A stretch of 64,000 nucleotides of DNA, from positions 96,001-160,000 of the forward strand of contig CAWHCQ010000004.1 of NCBI GenBank assembly GCA_963827755.1, in the 5' to 3' direction. The stretch is from an uncultured Gammaproteobacteria bacterium. Its GTDB lineage: Bacteria; Pseudomonadota; Gammaproteobacteria; UBA9214. A model generated the notes under the pieces. It had not been told where the DNA came from. It saw nothing but the letters and a program-made list of their open reading frames with translations, and searched no databases. The first letter of the stretch is position 1. Every line of letters starts with the position of its first letter. Shown piece after piece: positions 30,847-41,646 of this stretch. The position numbers and the translations under genes are program-made.

Positions 30847-31617
30847 TCATGCGACACAAGACATAGCCGCAACCTGTACGCAAATGCACGGACTTGCGAA
30901 GCGCTTGCAATGTCCGGATCTTAACCCGATGGGACCTCGGTCATCCTGCGGGAGCGGGTATGCCGGTGCTTTCGCGCGGGCCACGCCCGTAGGTGGTAAG
31001 GGCCGACGTACCCATAATTGCACGCTGCATGCTTTCACCCACACCAGCAAACGATTATTGACCGGCATCTCGTGGTCTGCCTTCAGGTGCATACCATTGA
31101 CGCCGGCAAGCGCATCGAGGTCCTCGAAATTACGCAGCCCACTCAAGGGATCGCGGTCCTTTAGCCAGTGTTCAAAACGCTCATTACTGGCGCTGGTGAA
31201 GTGCCCCTGGTAGTTAAATGGCCCGTACAGGCAGAAGCTTCCACCACCAGCCAGCAGCCTGCCGATACCGCGGAACATATCCTCGACCGCAGACCAGGCC
31301 ATGATGTGCGCGGTATTGGCGCTGAATATTCCGTCGTAAACGGTTTCCGGCCACGGACCCCGGGTGACATCGAGTGACAGCGGTGGCAGCACATTATCCA
31401 GGGCGGCCTCAGCCCGCCATGCACTGATGCTGGCATGGTTGCATGCCATGTCACTTGTTTGCCAGGTCAGGTGGGGGAGTTGACTGGAGAAATAAACGGC
31501 ATGTTGCCCGGTGCCGCTGCCGATTTCGAGCACTCGGCGGGAGTCTGCAAACTCATCGCGAATAATGCCGAGGATAGGCGTCCTGTTTTGTTCGCAGGCT
31601 TCAGAGTACTGCTTCAT
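30847..31617 (-). CDS. DUF938 SAM-dependent methyltransferase (C-terminal read-through tail)
   Basis: SEACEQN, VLEIGSGTGQH, WQTSD, ANTAHI, YGPF, MPVNN; homology appears to end near 31030. Confidence 0.88.
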   Translation of the reverse strand: MKQYSEACEQNRTPILGIIRDEFADSRRVLEIGSGTGQHAVYFSSQLPHLTWQTSDMACNHASISAWRAEAALDNVLPPLSLDVTRGPWPETVYDGIFSANTAHIMAWSAVEDMFRGIGRLLAGGGSFCLYGPFNYQGHFTSASNERFEHWLKDRDPLSGLRNFEDLDALAGVNGMHLKADHEMPVNNRLLVWVKACSVQLWVRRPLPPTGVARAKAPAYPLPQDDRGPIGLRSGHCKRFASPCICVQVAAMSCVA

Positions 31618-31699
31618 TGTTCAGGCACCGGGGGAATTTCAGCATGAAAGCGGGCCAGGCCGGCCTCATGCGAAGCCGGCCTGCCGGTACACAAGGGTG

Positions 31700-32128
31700 T
31701 TACCTGACAGTAATCTTCCTGGGTTCAGGCTTTTCCTGTTTCGGAATGCCGATTTCAAGCACGCCATCCGTCACAGTTGCACTGATGGCCTCTGCGTTGA
31801 CAGTATCCGGAAGGGTGAACTGTCTGACGAAGCTGCCATGGCTGCGTTCCCTGCGGCGATAGGTTTCAGCGTTTTCCCCGCTATCGATGGTGCGTTCGCC
31901 CTTCACGGTCAGGACACTGTCTTCGAGCGAGATGTCGATATTCTCGCGCGCAACGCCCGGGATATCCGCTGCCAGGACATAGCGGTTTTCCTCCTCGCGT
32001 ATATCCACGGCGGGAGTCCAGTCATGTGCCTGGTTTGCCGCCTCGGCACGGGTGTTGGAAAAGTACCGGTTCAGTTCGTTATCAAACTGCTGAAACAGGT
32101 TAGCGGGTTTGTAATGGACTAAAGACAT
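31700..32128 (-). CDS. Hsp20/alpha-crystallin small heat-shock protein
   Basis: GGAGG RBS, WTPAVDIREE, ADIPGV, RRERSHGSFVRQFTLP, DGVLEI. Confidence 0.93.
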   Translation of the reverse strand: MSLVHYKPANLFQQFDNELNRYFSNTRAEAANQAHDWTPAVDIREEENRYVLAADIPGVARENIDISLEDSVLTVKGERTIDSGENAETYRRRERSHGSFVRQFTLPDTVNAEAISATVTDGVLEIGIPKQEKPEPRKITVR

Positions 32129-32176
32129 GATGCTGCCTCCTTGAATAAATTGATTGTCACCATTGACATAGTCTCT

Positions 32177-32204
32177 AGATAGGGGCGTCGCAGGATATTT
32201 CAAG
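32177..32204 (-). promoter_or_regulatory. Sigma32 (RpoH) promoter of hsp20
   Basis: Minus strand CTTGAAA-tatcctgcgacg-CCCCTATCT, close to the RpoH -35/-10 consensus. Confidence 0.72.
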
Positions 32205-32414
32205 TGGGGGCAGGTATCTTTTTATCGCCCGAATGCCACGGTGTTGATCTCCGGCTGCAAAAAGGCCATCAATGACGGGTGAGGCGGCGGTTGTGGCCCG
32301 GGTTATCGAATATATAAAGTACGCGGAGGGGCTTGCGGGCTCCTGGAGGTGGCCACACATCCCGCGGCCTGGATCACCGGCACCTGTCGGCTTGTGCGCC
32401 GTGCGGTTCCCGTT

Positions 32415-32825
32415 TCAAGAGGGCCGCTTTTCAAGGACTGATTGCAGATACGCCTGCAGTCCCTTGCGGGTGGTCTTGTCCATGTGGATGAATTTTACAC
32501 CCACGTGAAAATCGTCCTGGGCAAGGCGTACAAAGTGTACCAGGCTTGCGTTACATTTCACCGCGAGCGCTGCGAGGTCCGGTCGCGGCAACTCGAAATG
32601 TATTTCGACCATAACACCCGTTACATGGTCGGGTGTTCTCATGTCTTCAGGGAGGATGTCATAAATCATATGACGGCCACAGGAGAATTTCAGCCCGTCC
32701 TCGGACAAGTCGCGTATGTAAGCAGTTGAAAGTTCACCACCCGGAAGACCCACGACGCAGTGAATCCCGGTTTCAATGCGGGGGTATTTTCTTTCAATCC
32801 ACAGGTGTTGTTTATATGTTTTCAT
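32415..32825 (-). CDS. PilZ domain protein
   Basis: ERKYPR (RxxxR), DLSEDG (DxSxxG), VGVKF. Confidence 0.85.
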   Translation of the reverse strand: MKTYKQHLWIERKYPRIETGIHCVVGLPGGELSTAYIRDLSEDGLKFSCGRHMIYDILPEDMRTPDHVTGVMVEIHFELPRPDLAALAVKCNASLVHFVRLAQDDFHVGVKFIHMDKTTRKGLQAYLQSVLEKRPS

Positions 32826-33160
32826 GCCTTATATGTAACGCTGCATGCCAGGCAGAATGGCGCGCATCACTCATCAGAAAAGCTGTATATTCCGTCCGGG
32901 AAAAGAGGAATTATGCCCTGGCATTATCTCTTTAGTCGTTCATGCATGCAATTATGCCATTGCCCTGGCTGAGATTTTTAGCGGCCCGTCCCCGGCCGGT
33001 GATGAAGACGCGTTCAGGTTGGCCGGGATAGTATGTCACCATGGCTATCATGCAGGCAGGTAAAAAATGGCCGGGCAAGCGGCCAGGGCGCTGGAAGCCT
33101 GCAAATGAAACTAATCGTTTCATGCAGGTTCATAAGAAAGAATCGAGTGGAATCAGAAGA

Positions 33161-34567
33161 ATGGTGAGAACATATTTTCCCGTTGTGTCCCGTTGCGCCG
33201 GCCTGTGCCTGGTGTTGTTGCTGACGGCATGCGCGACAGCGAATCAGCGCATCGCGATTGAAACCCCTTTGCCCGGGGCATTTTCCAGGTCAGGAGAATT
33301 ACCACTGGCGGATAACTGGTGGGAACTGTTTGCCGACGACGACCTGAACACCCTTATGGACACCGCGCTGCGTGACAATCTTTCCCTGCGCGCCACCTGG
33401 GACCGCCTTGCCCAGGCCGATGCCATCGCCCGCCGTGACGGGGCAGCGCGCCTGCCCGCCGTCGACCTGGACGGCTCGGCAGAGCAGGTGCGAGGTGAAG
33501 ATATCGCCACCACCAGGGACTATGCAACAGGCGTGGCGGCCTCCTATGAAGTGGATCTCTGGGGCCGGGTACGCTCGACCGCTCAGGCTGCGCAGCTTGA
33601 TGCCCGGGCTGTTGCGGCGGCGCTGGACACCGCTGCCATTTCCCTGTCCGCCGAGGTGGCCGGCAGCTGGTACCAGCTGGTGGAACAGCGCGGACAGCTC
33701 GCGTTGCTGGCGCAACAGGCCGCCTATAATGAACGGGTGGAGGAACTTGTTACCCTGCGTTTTCGCATGGGGCAGGCGCAGGCCGCAGATGTGCTGCGCC
33801 AGCGTCAACTGGTGGAGCAGACGCTCGGTGACAGCGAAGACGTGCGCGCACAAATCATGGTGCTGGAACATCAGCTGGCGGTGTTGCTGGGCAAGGCGCC
33901 CGGCAGCATGATCTTCTCCGCCCGTGAGACACTGGATGCCTTGCCGGTCTTGCCGAATACAGGGCTGCCGCTTGAATTGATTGAACGCCGCCCGGACATT
34001 CGCGAGGCCTTCTACCGGGTATATGCAGCTGATGCGCGCCTGGCAGCCGCCATTGCGGATCGCTATCCGCGCATTGATTTAACAGCCGGCATCAACTCCA
34101 TGGCGACGACCCCGGGCGACCTGTTCTCCACCTGGCTTGCCAGCCTGGCCGCCCGGTTTGCTGTTCCGCTGTTCGATGCCGGTCGCCGGGTGGCGGAAGT
34201 GGACCGCAACCGTGCCGCTGTATCGGAGCAGCTGAATGCCTACGAGAATACCGTGCTGCTGGCCTTGCAGGACGTCGAAGATGCACTGGCGCAGGAGACC
34301 GGGCAGCATAAATTAATCGCGAGCCTGGAACGCCGCCTGCAGCTGGCGGATGAAGTGATCCTGCGCCTGCGCGATCGTTACATCCAGGGCGCCACGGATT
34401 ATCTCGATATCCTCGACACCCTGGTCAACCAGCAGGACCTGGCGCGTCGCCTGTTGACCGCGCGGCGCGAGTTGCTGGATTTTCGTATCAACCTGGCACG
34501 CGCCCTGGCGGGTGGCTGGGATTTGCAACGCCCGCAACCGCGGCGGCTGGTGGAGGCGGGTGTCTGA
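33161..34567 (+). CDS. RND efflux outer-membrane lipoprotein (NodT/OprM type)
   Basis: Lipobox LTAC, WWELF, SYEVDLWG, RRPDI, ALAGGW. Confidence 0.92.
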   Translation: MVRTYFPVVSRCAGLCLVLLLTACATANQRIAIETPLPGAFSRSGELPLADNWWELFADDDLNTLMDTALRDNLSLRATWDRLAQADAIARRDGAARLPAVDLDGSAEQVRGEDIATTRDYATGVAASYEVDLWGRVRSTAQAAQLDARAVAAALDTAAISLSAEVAGSWYQLVEQRGQLALLAQQAAYNERVEELVTLRFRMGQAQAADVLRQRQLVEQTLGDSEDVRAQIMVLEHQLAVLLGKAPGSMIFSARETLDALPVLPNTGLPLELIERRPDIREAFYRVYAADARLAAAIADRYPRIDLTAGINSMATTPGDLFSTWLASLAARFAVPLFDAGRRVAEVDRNRAAVSEQLNAYENTVLLALQDVEDALAQETGQHKLIASLERRLQLADEVILRLRDRYIQGATDYLDILDTLVNQQDLARRLLTARRELLDFRINLARALAGGWDLQRPQPRRLVEAGV

Positions 34568-34568
34568 C

Positions 34569-35828
34569 ATGAGAACAGAACATGACAATGTGCTGCTGCG
34601 CGTTATGCGCACAGGCTCAGGTTTCCTGCTGCCCGTCGGCGTGCTGTTGCTGGCCATCATCCTTTTTATGGTCATGATGAAAAGCGCGCCCCGTGCCGAA
34701 CGTACCCCCCGGCCGCAACTGGCGCGACTGGTTGAAACCGTCACCGTCAGTTACGGCGATCAACAGGTCTCGATTCCGGCAATGGGAACCGTGCAGCCTG
34801 CGCAGCAGGTGACCCTGCGGCCACAGGTGGATGGCGAGGTGGTGGAAATCAGCCCGCAGCTGGTACCTGGCGGATACTTTGAGGCGGGTAAGCGCCTGCT
34901 GCGCATCGATGCGGCTGACTACAGGCTTGCCGTGCAGCAGCGCGAAAGCGACCTGGCCAGGGCCAGGGCCGAACTGGCAATCGAACAGGGTAACCAGACC
35001 ATCGCCCGGCGTGAAAACGAGATCCTGGGTGAGGTGCTCACCGACCAGGAAAGCAGCCTGGTACTGCGTCAACCACAACTTGCCATGGCCCGGGCGTCGG
35101 TGGCGGCGGCGAAAGCGGCCCTGGACGACGCGCACCTTGCGCTCTCGCGCACAATCATCATGGCACCCTTCGATGCCCTGGTGATGTCGGAATCAGTCGA
35201 CCTTGGCACACGGCTCACCAGCCAGAGTGAAATTGCGACCCTGGTGGGTACCGATGTGTACCGGGTGGAGCTGTCCGTTCCCGGCAGCCAGTTGAAATGG
35301 ATCACGCTGCCGGGCATCGATAATGGCGAGGGTGCCGCGGTGACGCTCTACCAGGATGCCGTCTGGGGCCCCGGCCAGTATCGCAGCGGCCGCGTTATTC
35401 GCCTGCTGGGTGAGGTGGGTGATGCGGGACGCATGGCACGGGTGCTGGTGGCAGTTGACGACCCGCTGGCCATTCGAGCGGAAAATGCCGGCGCGCCGCG
35501 ACTGTTGATCGGTGCCTATCTGCGCGCGGAGATTACAGGGCGAACCCTGCCCGGGGCGCTGGCGCTGGAACGTGAATGGCTGCGCGACGGTGATCGTGTG
35601 TGGATCATGAACGCTGATGATCAGCTTGAAATACGTGACGTCGAAATTGCCTATCGCAGCGGCGACGCGGTGTTCGTTACCGGGGGAGTGGCCGACGGCG
35701 AGCGCATCGTGCGCACTAAAATTGCCGCTGTCGCGGCGGGCATGCCCTTGCGCGTGGACGCCGGCATGGATGCGAGTATGGCAAAACCGGGAAATCCCGG
35801 CACGCGTGGGGCCGCTGCGAATGACTGA
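34569..35828 (+). CDS. RND efflux periplasmic adaptor (MFP)
   Basis: N-terminal TM, GTVQP, PQVDGEV, IMAPFD. Confidence 0.9.
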   Translation: MRTEHDNVLLRVMRTGSGFLLPVGVLLLAIILFMVMMKSAPRAERTPRPQLARLVETVTVSYGDQQVSIPAMGTVQPAQQVTLRPQVDGEVVEISPQLVPGGYFEAGKRLLRIDAADYRLAVQQRESDLARARAELAIEQGNQTIARRENEILGEVLTDQESSLVLRQPQLAMARASVAAAKAALDDAHLALSRTIIMAPFDALVMSESVDLGTRLTSQSEIATLVGTDVYRVELSVPGSQLKWITLPGIDNGEGAAVTLYQDAVWGPGQYRSGRVIRLLGEVGDAGRMARVLVAVDDPLAIRAENAGAPRLLIGAYLRAEITGRTLPGALALEREWLRDGDRVWIMNADDQLEIRDVEIAYRSGDAVFVTGGVADGERIVRTKIAAVAAGMPLRVDAGMDASMAKPGNPGTRGAAAND

Positions 35829-38800
35829 GCGGATTGACAGGCAGCACGGCCCCCTGGCCTGGATGACCCATCACCGGGTGGCGCCCAACCTGCTCATGCT
35901 CGTCCTGATTATCGGTGGACTCTTCATGAGTACCAAGATCAAGCAGGAAGTCTTCCCCGAATTTGAACTGGATTCCGTCACCATTCGCGTTGCCTTGCCG
36001 GGCGCGAGTCCGCAAGAGGTGGAGGAGGGCGTCATCCTCGCTATCGAGGAAGAGCTGCGCGATCTGGACGGGATCGAGGAGATGCAGGCTACCGCGGCGG
36101 AGGGCAGTGCATCCATCGTGATTGAGCTCGAGGCCGGCGCTGACCATGGCAAGCTCTACCAGGATATCCAGCAGGCCGTGGACCGCGTGGATACCTTCCC
36201 GGACGATGCAGAGGAACCCCGTATCAGCATGGACACCCGGCGTCGCAGTGTGCTCGATCTGCAACTCTACGGCGAGGTAGACGAATGGAACCTGCGCCAG
36301 GCCGCCGAACAGGTGCGCGACCGGCTGTTGCAGCAGTCGGGAATTACCCAGGTGGAACTGGAAGGCGTGCGCGACCTGGAAATTCACCTGGAGATTCCCC
36401 AGGCACGCTTGCGTGAATACGGGCTGACCCTCGAAGATGTGGCTCGCACCGTGGAACAGGCCGCCCTCGACCGTTCCGGCGGCTCCGTGGAAACCCGCGC
36501 AGGCGAAATCCTGTTGCGGGTGCAGGAGCGCCGCGAATGGGCTGATGAATTCAGCGGGATTCCCGTCATCGTCGATGCCAAAGGTGCGGTAGTGCGGCTC
36601 GGGGACCTGGCCAGCATCAAGGAGGGGTTCGCACAGAGCGACACCTTCGCCACGTACAATGGCCAACGCGCCGTCGGTATCAGGGTGTACCGCGTCGGCG
36701 ACCAGACGCCGGCCAGTGTTTCCGGGGCGACGCGCGAGGCCCTGCCCGGAATCATGGCGGAATTGCCGCCGGCGATTACCGCGGTCATCGAGGACGACGA
36801 CTCGGAAATCTACCAGCAACGCGTACAGTTGTTACTTAAAAACGGCTTCATCGGCCTGGTGCTGGTGCTGGCGCTGCTCAGTGTGTTTCTCGAATTCAAA
36901 CTTGCCTTCTGGGTGACGGTGGGCATTCCCACGGCCTTCCTGGGTACCCTGTTGTTCCTGCCGGTTCTGGGCGCCTCCCTCAACATGGTGTCGCTGTTTG
37001 CGTTTATTCTTGCGCTGGGCATCGTGGTGGACGATGCCATTGTCGCGGGCGAGAACATTTATGAATACCGCCAGCGCGGCATGGGCAATCTGCAGGCCGC
37101 TATCCGCGGTGCCCATGACATCGCCGTGCCCATCTCGTTTTCCATCCTCACCAACATGGTTGCTTTCCTGCCGTTGATGCTGGTGCCCGGCGGCTTCGGC
37201 AAAATCTGGGCGGTCATACCGGTGGTCGTTATGACGGCCTTTGCGATTTCATGGGTCGAGGCGCTGTTTATCCTGCCTGCGCACCTGGGGCATGTGCGCA
37301 GTCAGTCCAAGAGCAAGCTGGGGGCACGCTTGCACGCCAGGCAACAGTCCTTCTCACTCGGGTTCCGCCACTTCATCGTGGATGTGTACGGGCCGGTACT
37401 GGATGCCGCGATCCGTTACCGCTACCTGACCGTGGCATTGATGGTCGCCGTGCTGCTGCTGGTGCTTGCGCTGCCCTTGAGCGGGCGGATGGGCTTCATT
37501 CTCATGCCAAAGGTGGAGAGCGATTATGCCCTGGCAACGGCTACCCTGCCGGTCGGCAGCCCACCCCGGGATGCCCGCATTGTGCGTGATCGCCTGGTGA
37601 GTGCGGCGAGTGCTGTGATTGACGCCAACGGCGGCGAACAACTCGGTGCGGGAATTTATGCGCTGGTGCGCGAGAACAGTGTTGAGGTGCGCGCCTATCT
37701 GCAGCCGGCCGGCCAGCGGCCGCTCTCGACGCAGCAGGTAACCGGCCTGTGGCGCAAACAGAGCGGAGAAATCCCCGGGCTGGAAAAATTGCGCTTCGCG
37801 TCTGACTCGGGCGGTCCCGGCAGAGGTGCTTCGGTGAGCATCGAGCTCAGCCATCACGACATTAACGCGCTGGAGAACGCCGCCGGTGCGCTGGCCGCCG
37901 GGCTGGAAGAATTCAGCAGCGCCAAGGATGTGGATAACGGTTTTGCACCCGGCAAGGTGCAGCTCGACTTCCATCCCACGACCGAGGCACGCAGCCTGGG
38001 ACTCAGTTCCGCGGAAATCGCCCGACAGGTGCGTGCCGCCTTCTACGGTGCCGAGGCCCTGAAGCAACAACGCGGTCGTAACGAGGTAACTGTCAAAGCG
38101 CGACTGCCCGGGCAGGAACGCCGCAGCGAGGCCAACGTTGAAAACCTGATCCTGATGCTCCCCGGCGGCGGCGAGGTACCCCTGTACGAGGTCGCCAGCG
38201 TCGAGCGTGGCCGCGCCTATACAGAGATCAACCGCCGTGACGCACGCCGCACCGTGACCGTCACCGCCAACGTGGAACCCATCAGCGACACCAGCCGGAT
38301 ACTCGCCAGCGTGCAGTCCGAACTCCTGCCCCGTCTGGTCGCCGACTATCCGGGCATCAGCTATTCCTTCGAGGGCCGCCAGGCCCACATGCGCGATGCA
38401 ATGCAGAGTTTTTTCTCCTCGGTGACCATCTCGCTGATCATCATCTACTTCCTGCTGGCGATTCCGTTTCGCAGCTATATCCAGCCGCTGATCATTATGA
38501 TGGCGATACCCTTCGGGGTGGTGGGGGCGATCCTCGGCCACCTGCTGATGGGTTACAGCCTGTCGATCATTTCCATCATGGGCATCATTGCGCTCGGCGG
38601 GGTGCTGATCAACGACTCGCTGGTGATGATCCACTACGCCAACAAGCAGCGGCTGGAAGGCCTGGATGCCTTTCATGCCATTCACCAGGCCGGCATCCGC
38701 CGCTTCCGCCCCATCCTGTTGACGACACTGACGACCTTCGGCGGCCTTGCACCGATGATCTTCGAGACCTCGCGACAGGCGCGATTCCTGATCCCCATGG

Positions 38801-38952
38801 CACTTTCCCTGGGCTACGGCATTCTCTTCGGCACCGCCATCATCCTGCTGCTGACACCCTGTCTTTACATGGTTATCGAGGATATCAAGCAGCTGGCCGG
38901 ATTCGCCGCGGAACCGGCAGCGGGCGATGTGGCCACCGGGGCGGTGGATTAG
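35821..38952 (+). CDS. RND efflux permease (AcrB/CzcA superfamily)
   Basis: LGIVVDDAIVAGENI, RFRPILLTTLTT, two large periplasmic loops. Confidence 0.94.
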   Translation: MTERIDRQHGPLAWMTHHRVAPNLLMLVLIIGGLFMSTKIKQEVFPEFELDSVTIRVALPGASPQEVEEGVILAIEEELRDLDGIEEMQATAAEGSASIVIELEAGADHGKLYQDIQQAVDRVDTFPDDAEEPRISMDTRRRSVLDLQLYGEVDEWNLRQAAEQVRDRLLQQSGITQVELEGVRDLEIHLEIPQARLREYGLTLEDVARTVEQAALDRSGGSVETRAGEILLRVQERREWADEFSGIPVIVDAKGAVVRLGDLASIKEGFAQSDTFATYNGQRAVGIRVYRVGDQTPASVSGATREALPGIMAELPPAITAVIEDDDSEIYQQRVQLLLKNGFIGLVLVLALLSVFLEFKLAFWVTVGIPTAFLGTLLFLPVLGASLNMVSLFAFILALGIVVDDAIVAGENIYEYRQRGMGNLQAAIRGAHDIAVPISFSILTNMVAFLPLMLVPGGFGKIWAVIPVVVMTAFAISWVEALFILPAHLGHVRSQSKSKLGARLHARQQSFSLGFRHFIVDVYGPVLDAAIRYRYLTVALMVAVLLLVLALPLSGRMGFILMPKVESDYALATATLPVGSPPRDARIVRDRLVSAASAVIDANGGEQLGAGIYALVRENSVEVRAYLQPAGQRPLSTQQVTGLWRKQSGEIPGLEKLRFASDSGGPGRGASVSIELSHHDINALENAAGALAAGLEEFSSAKDVDNGFAPGKVQLDFHPTTEARSLGLSSAEIARQVRAAFYGAEALKQQRGRNEVTVKARLPGQERRSEANVENLILMLPGGGEVPLYEVASVERGRAYTEINRRDARRTVTVTANVEPISDTSRILASVQSELLPRLVADYPGISYSFEGRQAHMRDAMQSFFSSVTISLIIIYFLLAIPFRSYIQPLIIMMAIPFGVVGAILGHLLMGYSLSIISIMGIIALGGVLINDSLVMIHYANKQRLEGLDAFHAIHQAGIRRFRPILLTTLTTFGGLAPMIFETSRQARFLIPMALSLGYGILFGTAIILLLTPCLYMVIEDIKQLAGFAAEPAAGDVATGAVD

Positions 38953-39010
38953 GAAACTGCCTTTATGGAGGCGGGGTGAACCGAAACGGTGTGTACCGGA
39001 CCCGGGTGGC

Positions 39011-40354
39011 TTATTTCACAGGCTCGGCCAGCGCGGGCCGGGTCCATTCGGACATCAGAATCCAGCGGATAAACTTCTCGCGGGGCATCGGCTTGCCGAT
39101 ATGGTATCCCTGGCCATGGTGGCAGCCCATGCCGATCAGCTGCTGTAATACCTGCTCGTTTTCGATGCCTTCCGCGATCACGCTGAGTTCGAAGTTTTCC
39201 CCGAGGTTGATCATGGTCTGGACAATACGGCCGTCGTTGACGTCTGTCGCCATCCCCATGACGAAGGACTGATCGATTTTCAGCTCGTGTACCGGGAGGT
39301 TTTTCAGGTAACCGAATGATGAGTAGCCGGTGCCGAAATCATCAATCGATAGCTTGACACCGAGTTCACGCAAGCCATGCAGGGTCTCGATGCTGGCTTC
39401 CGGGTCTTTCATGATCGCACTTTCAGTGACCTCGATCATGAGTTCATCGGCTGCGGTATCCCAGGTCCGCAGCGCGCGCTTTACCAGTTCCACCAGCTCG
39501 ATTTCAGTCAGGGTGGTAGCGGACAGGTTTACCGCGACCCTGAATTCAGGCCACAGCTGCCTGATTTCAATACCCTGACGCAAGGCGGTGTTGAGGCTCC
39601 ACAATGTCATGGGAAAGATCAGGCCATTCTCTTCCGCCAGTGTGATGAACTCATTCGGACCGATGAATCCGCGCTCGGGACTGTTCCAGCGCATCAATGC
39701 TTCGGCGCCGATCAGGCGATGGTTTTTCAGGTCGACCTTCGGCTGGTAGTAGAGTTCGAACTCGTTGTTCCTGATGGCACGTTCGAGTTCAGGGACAAGT
39801 ATCAATGATGAGATTTCTGTTTCCGTGCTGTCCTTGGCCAGCTTGTAAGACTGGTAGCTTGCGCGTGCCGAATGCAAGGCCATGTCTGCCTGCAGCAGTA
39901 GTGCATCGCTGCTGTCGCCGTGTTCGGGAAATAATGCGATACCGATATGTATCCTGACATCAACGGAACGTCCGTCATCGAGGGTGATTTCATCGAGTTC
40001 TGAAATCAGCTTGTTGGCGGCCAGCTCGGCAAGGTGGGGAGTCTTCAGTTCCGGTAACAGCAGTGCGAACTCGTCGAGACCAACGCGTCCGCTAATGTCA
40101 TTGTCTCGCTTGATGGACTGTATGCGTTCGGCGATCTGCTGCAGGACCTGGTCTGCAATACTGTAGCCGTAAACGGAGTTGATCGTCCTGAAGCCCTTTA
40201 TGTTCAGCAGGACGACTGCGAGGGCGGCGTCTTTTTGTTTATGCTTTTGAATCTCGCTGTCAAGACGGGAGAAAAATTCTGCACGCCCCGCCATAGCTGC
40301 GAATGTGTCCATGAGTCTGCGCTTGCCGATTCTGCGAGGATGATCTCTGGACAA
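39011..40354 (-). CDS. GGDEF(GLDEF)-EAL protein (start may be 40312)
   Basis: RVGLDEF, YQPK, AEALMRW, IEVTESA, SIDDFGTGYSS, IAEGIE. Confidence 0.9.
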   Translation of the reverse strand: MSRDHPRRIGKRRLMDTFAAMAGRAEFFSRLDSEIQKHKQKDAALAVVLLNIKGFRTINSVYGYSIADQVLQQIAERIQSIKRDNDISGRVGLDEFALLLPELKTPHLAELAANKLISELDEITLDDGRSVDVRIHIGIALFPEHGDSSDALLLQADMALHSARASYQSYKLAKDSTETEISSLILVPELERAIRNNEFELYYQPKVDLKNHRLIGAEALMRWNSPERGFIGPNEFITLAEENGLIFPMTLWSLNTALRQGIEIRQLWPEFRVAVNLSATTLTEIELVELVKRALRTWDTAADELMIEVTESAIMKDPEASIETLHGLRELGVKLSIDDFGTGYSSFGYLKNLPVHELKIDQSFVMGMATDVNDGRIVQTMINLGENFELSVIAEGIENEQVLQQLIGMGCHHGQGYHIGKPMPREKFIRWILMSEWTRPALAEPVK

Positions 40355-40359
40355 AAGTC

Positions 40360-41646
40360 CTAGAGATAGTAGTCGCCTGGATCGAAATCGAAGTCTTCAG
40401 GGTCCAGGGCATGGACAATGGTAAGCCGTTCACCCAGGCTCTTTTCTTCATGTTTCATCAGGTCGAGAATTTGCGGCTTCTCGTAGGGCTCCTTGTCAGC
40501 GTTCAGTATCAGCAGCAACTTCGGGCTGAGACGCCGAATGCGGTTCTGGGACATGACAATCGCGACCTGCCCGGAACTCAGTTCAACCAGGGTGCCGGTC
40601 GGATAGATACCCTGGCACTGGATGAACTGCTCTACCAGGTCCTCCTGGAAGTCGGTGCCGCGCCACTTGTAGAGCTCACGAATCGCGTCATGCGCGGAAA
40701 GGGCCTTCTTGTGGGGTCGATCACTGGTCATGGCGTCATAGCTGTCGACGATAGCGGCGATCCGGCCGCACACGGGAATGGCCGTGTCCTCGAGTTTTTG
40801 CGGGTACCCCATGCCATTGAGACGCTCATGATGGCTTGCGACCATCGCCATCGCTGTAGGGGAGACATTTCCAGCTTCTGTCAGTATTTCCGCTCCGAAA
40901 GTAACGTGTTCCTGCATCAACCTGAATTCTTCTTCCGTCAAGGGGCCATTTTTTTCGAGGATTTCCTCAGGAACCCTGAGCTTGCCAATATCCAGCAGCA
41001 GGGTGCCCATGGCCACATCCTTGAGTTCTTCTTTGGGGTAACCGAGATGGCGGCAGAACGAGGCCGCCAGTGCGCAGGAATCGATGGCATGGGAATAACT
41101 GTAGGTGTCCTTGGCCTTCAATTGGCGTAACAGCATGAAGGCATCGGGGTTGCGCAGGACGCTGTCGGTGATTTCGTCAACGGCCGCCCTGACAGCCGGG
41201 ACATTGAGTGTCGCCTTGTTGCGGATGTCACTGAACAGGTCCTGAACCAGGTTTTGAGATTTTTCATGGCTTGTTCTGGCCCGCTCCAGTTCATCCTCCA
41301 CGGTGATGATGTCTTCATACCTGGTCCTGGTATGTGGAAGGCTGGAGACACGTACCAGGTCCTCCATGTTCACCCTGACGCGGGGAGGCGGGATCTTGTA
41401 GACATGCGGGGTATCGTGACCGAGTTCCACGTTGATATAAACGTACTCGCACAATTCCTGCAGGATCTCGATCTCGCGCTGCTCCTGCAACATGAAGCCC
41501 TGGAAAAGAAACGGGGTTTCTACCCAGGGGCGGTCGAGTTCATGGACGTACATCCCCCTCACCAGGTTCGCGGTACTGACGCATTTCATAAATTCAGTGT
41601 CTGCCTTGCTGTCGGTAGCGTCTGCAACAGGGTGCATATTGCTCAT
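40360..41646 (-). CDS. HD-GYP domain protein with N-terminal DUF3391
   Basis: GMYVHELDRPWVETPFLFQGF, YSHA, LLDIGK, HHERLNGMGYP, YDAMTSDRP. Confidence 0.9.
   Translation of the reverse strand: MSNMHPVADATDSKADTEFMKCVSTANLVRGMYVHELDRPWVETPFLFQGFMLQEQREIEILQELCEYVYINVELGHDTPHVYKIPPPRVRVNMEDLVRVSSLPHTRTRYEDIITVEDELERARTSHEKSQNLVQDLFSDIRNKATLNVPAVRAAVDEITDSVLRNPDAFMLLRQLKAKDTYSYSHAIDSCALAASFCRHLGYPKEELKDVAMGTLLLDIGKLRVPEEILEKNGPLTEEEFRLMQEHVTFGAEILTEAGNVSPTAMAMVASHHERLNGMGYPQKLEDTAIPVCGRIAAIVDSYDAMTSDRPHKKALSAHDAIRELYKWRGTDFQEDLVEQFIQCQGIYPTGTLVELSSGQVAIVMSQNRIRRLSPKLLLILNADKEPYEKPQILDLMKHEEKSLGERLTIVHALDPEDFDFDPGDYYL

Noticed and set aside
30847-31030. C-terminal extension of the DUF938 protein as a new domain or ncRNA
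   Set aside because: Looks like read-through after a lost stop codon; no convincing motif or RNA fold.
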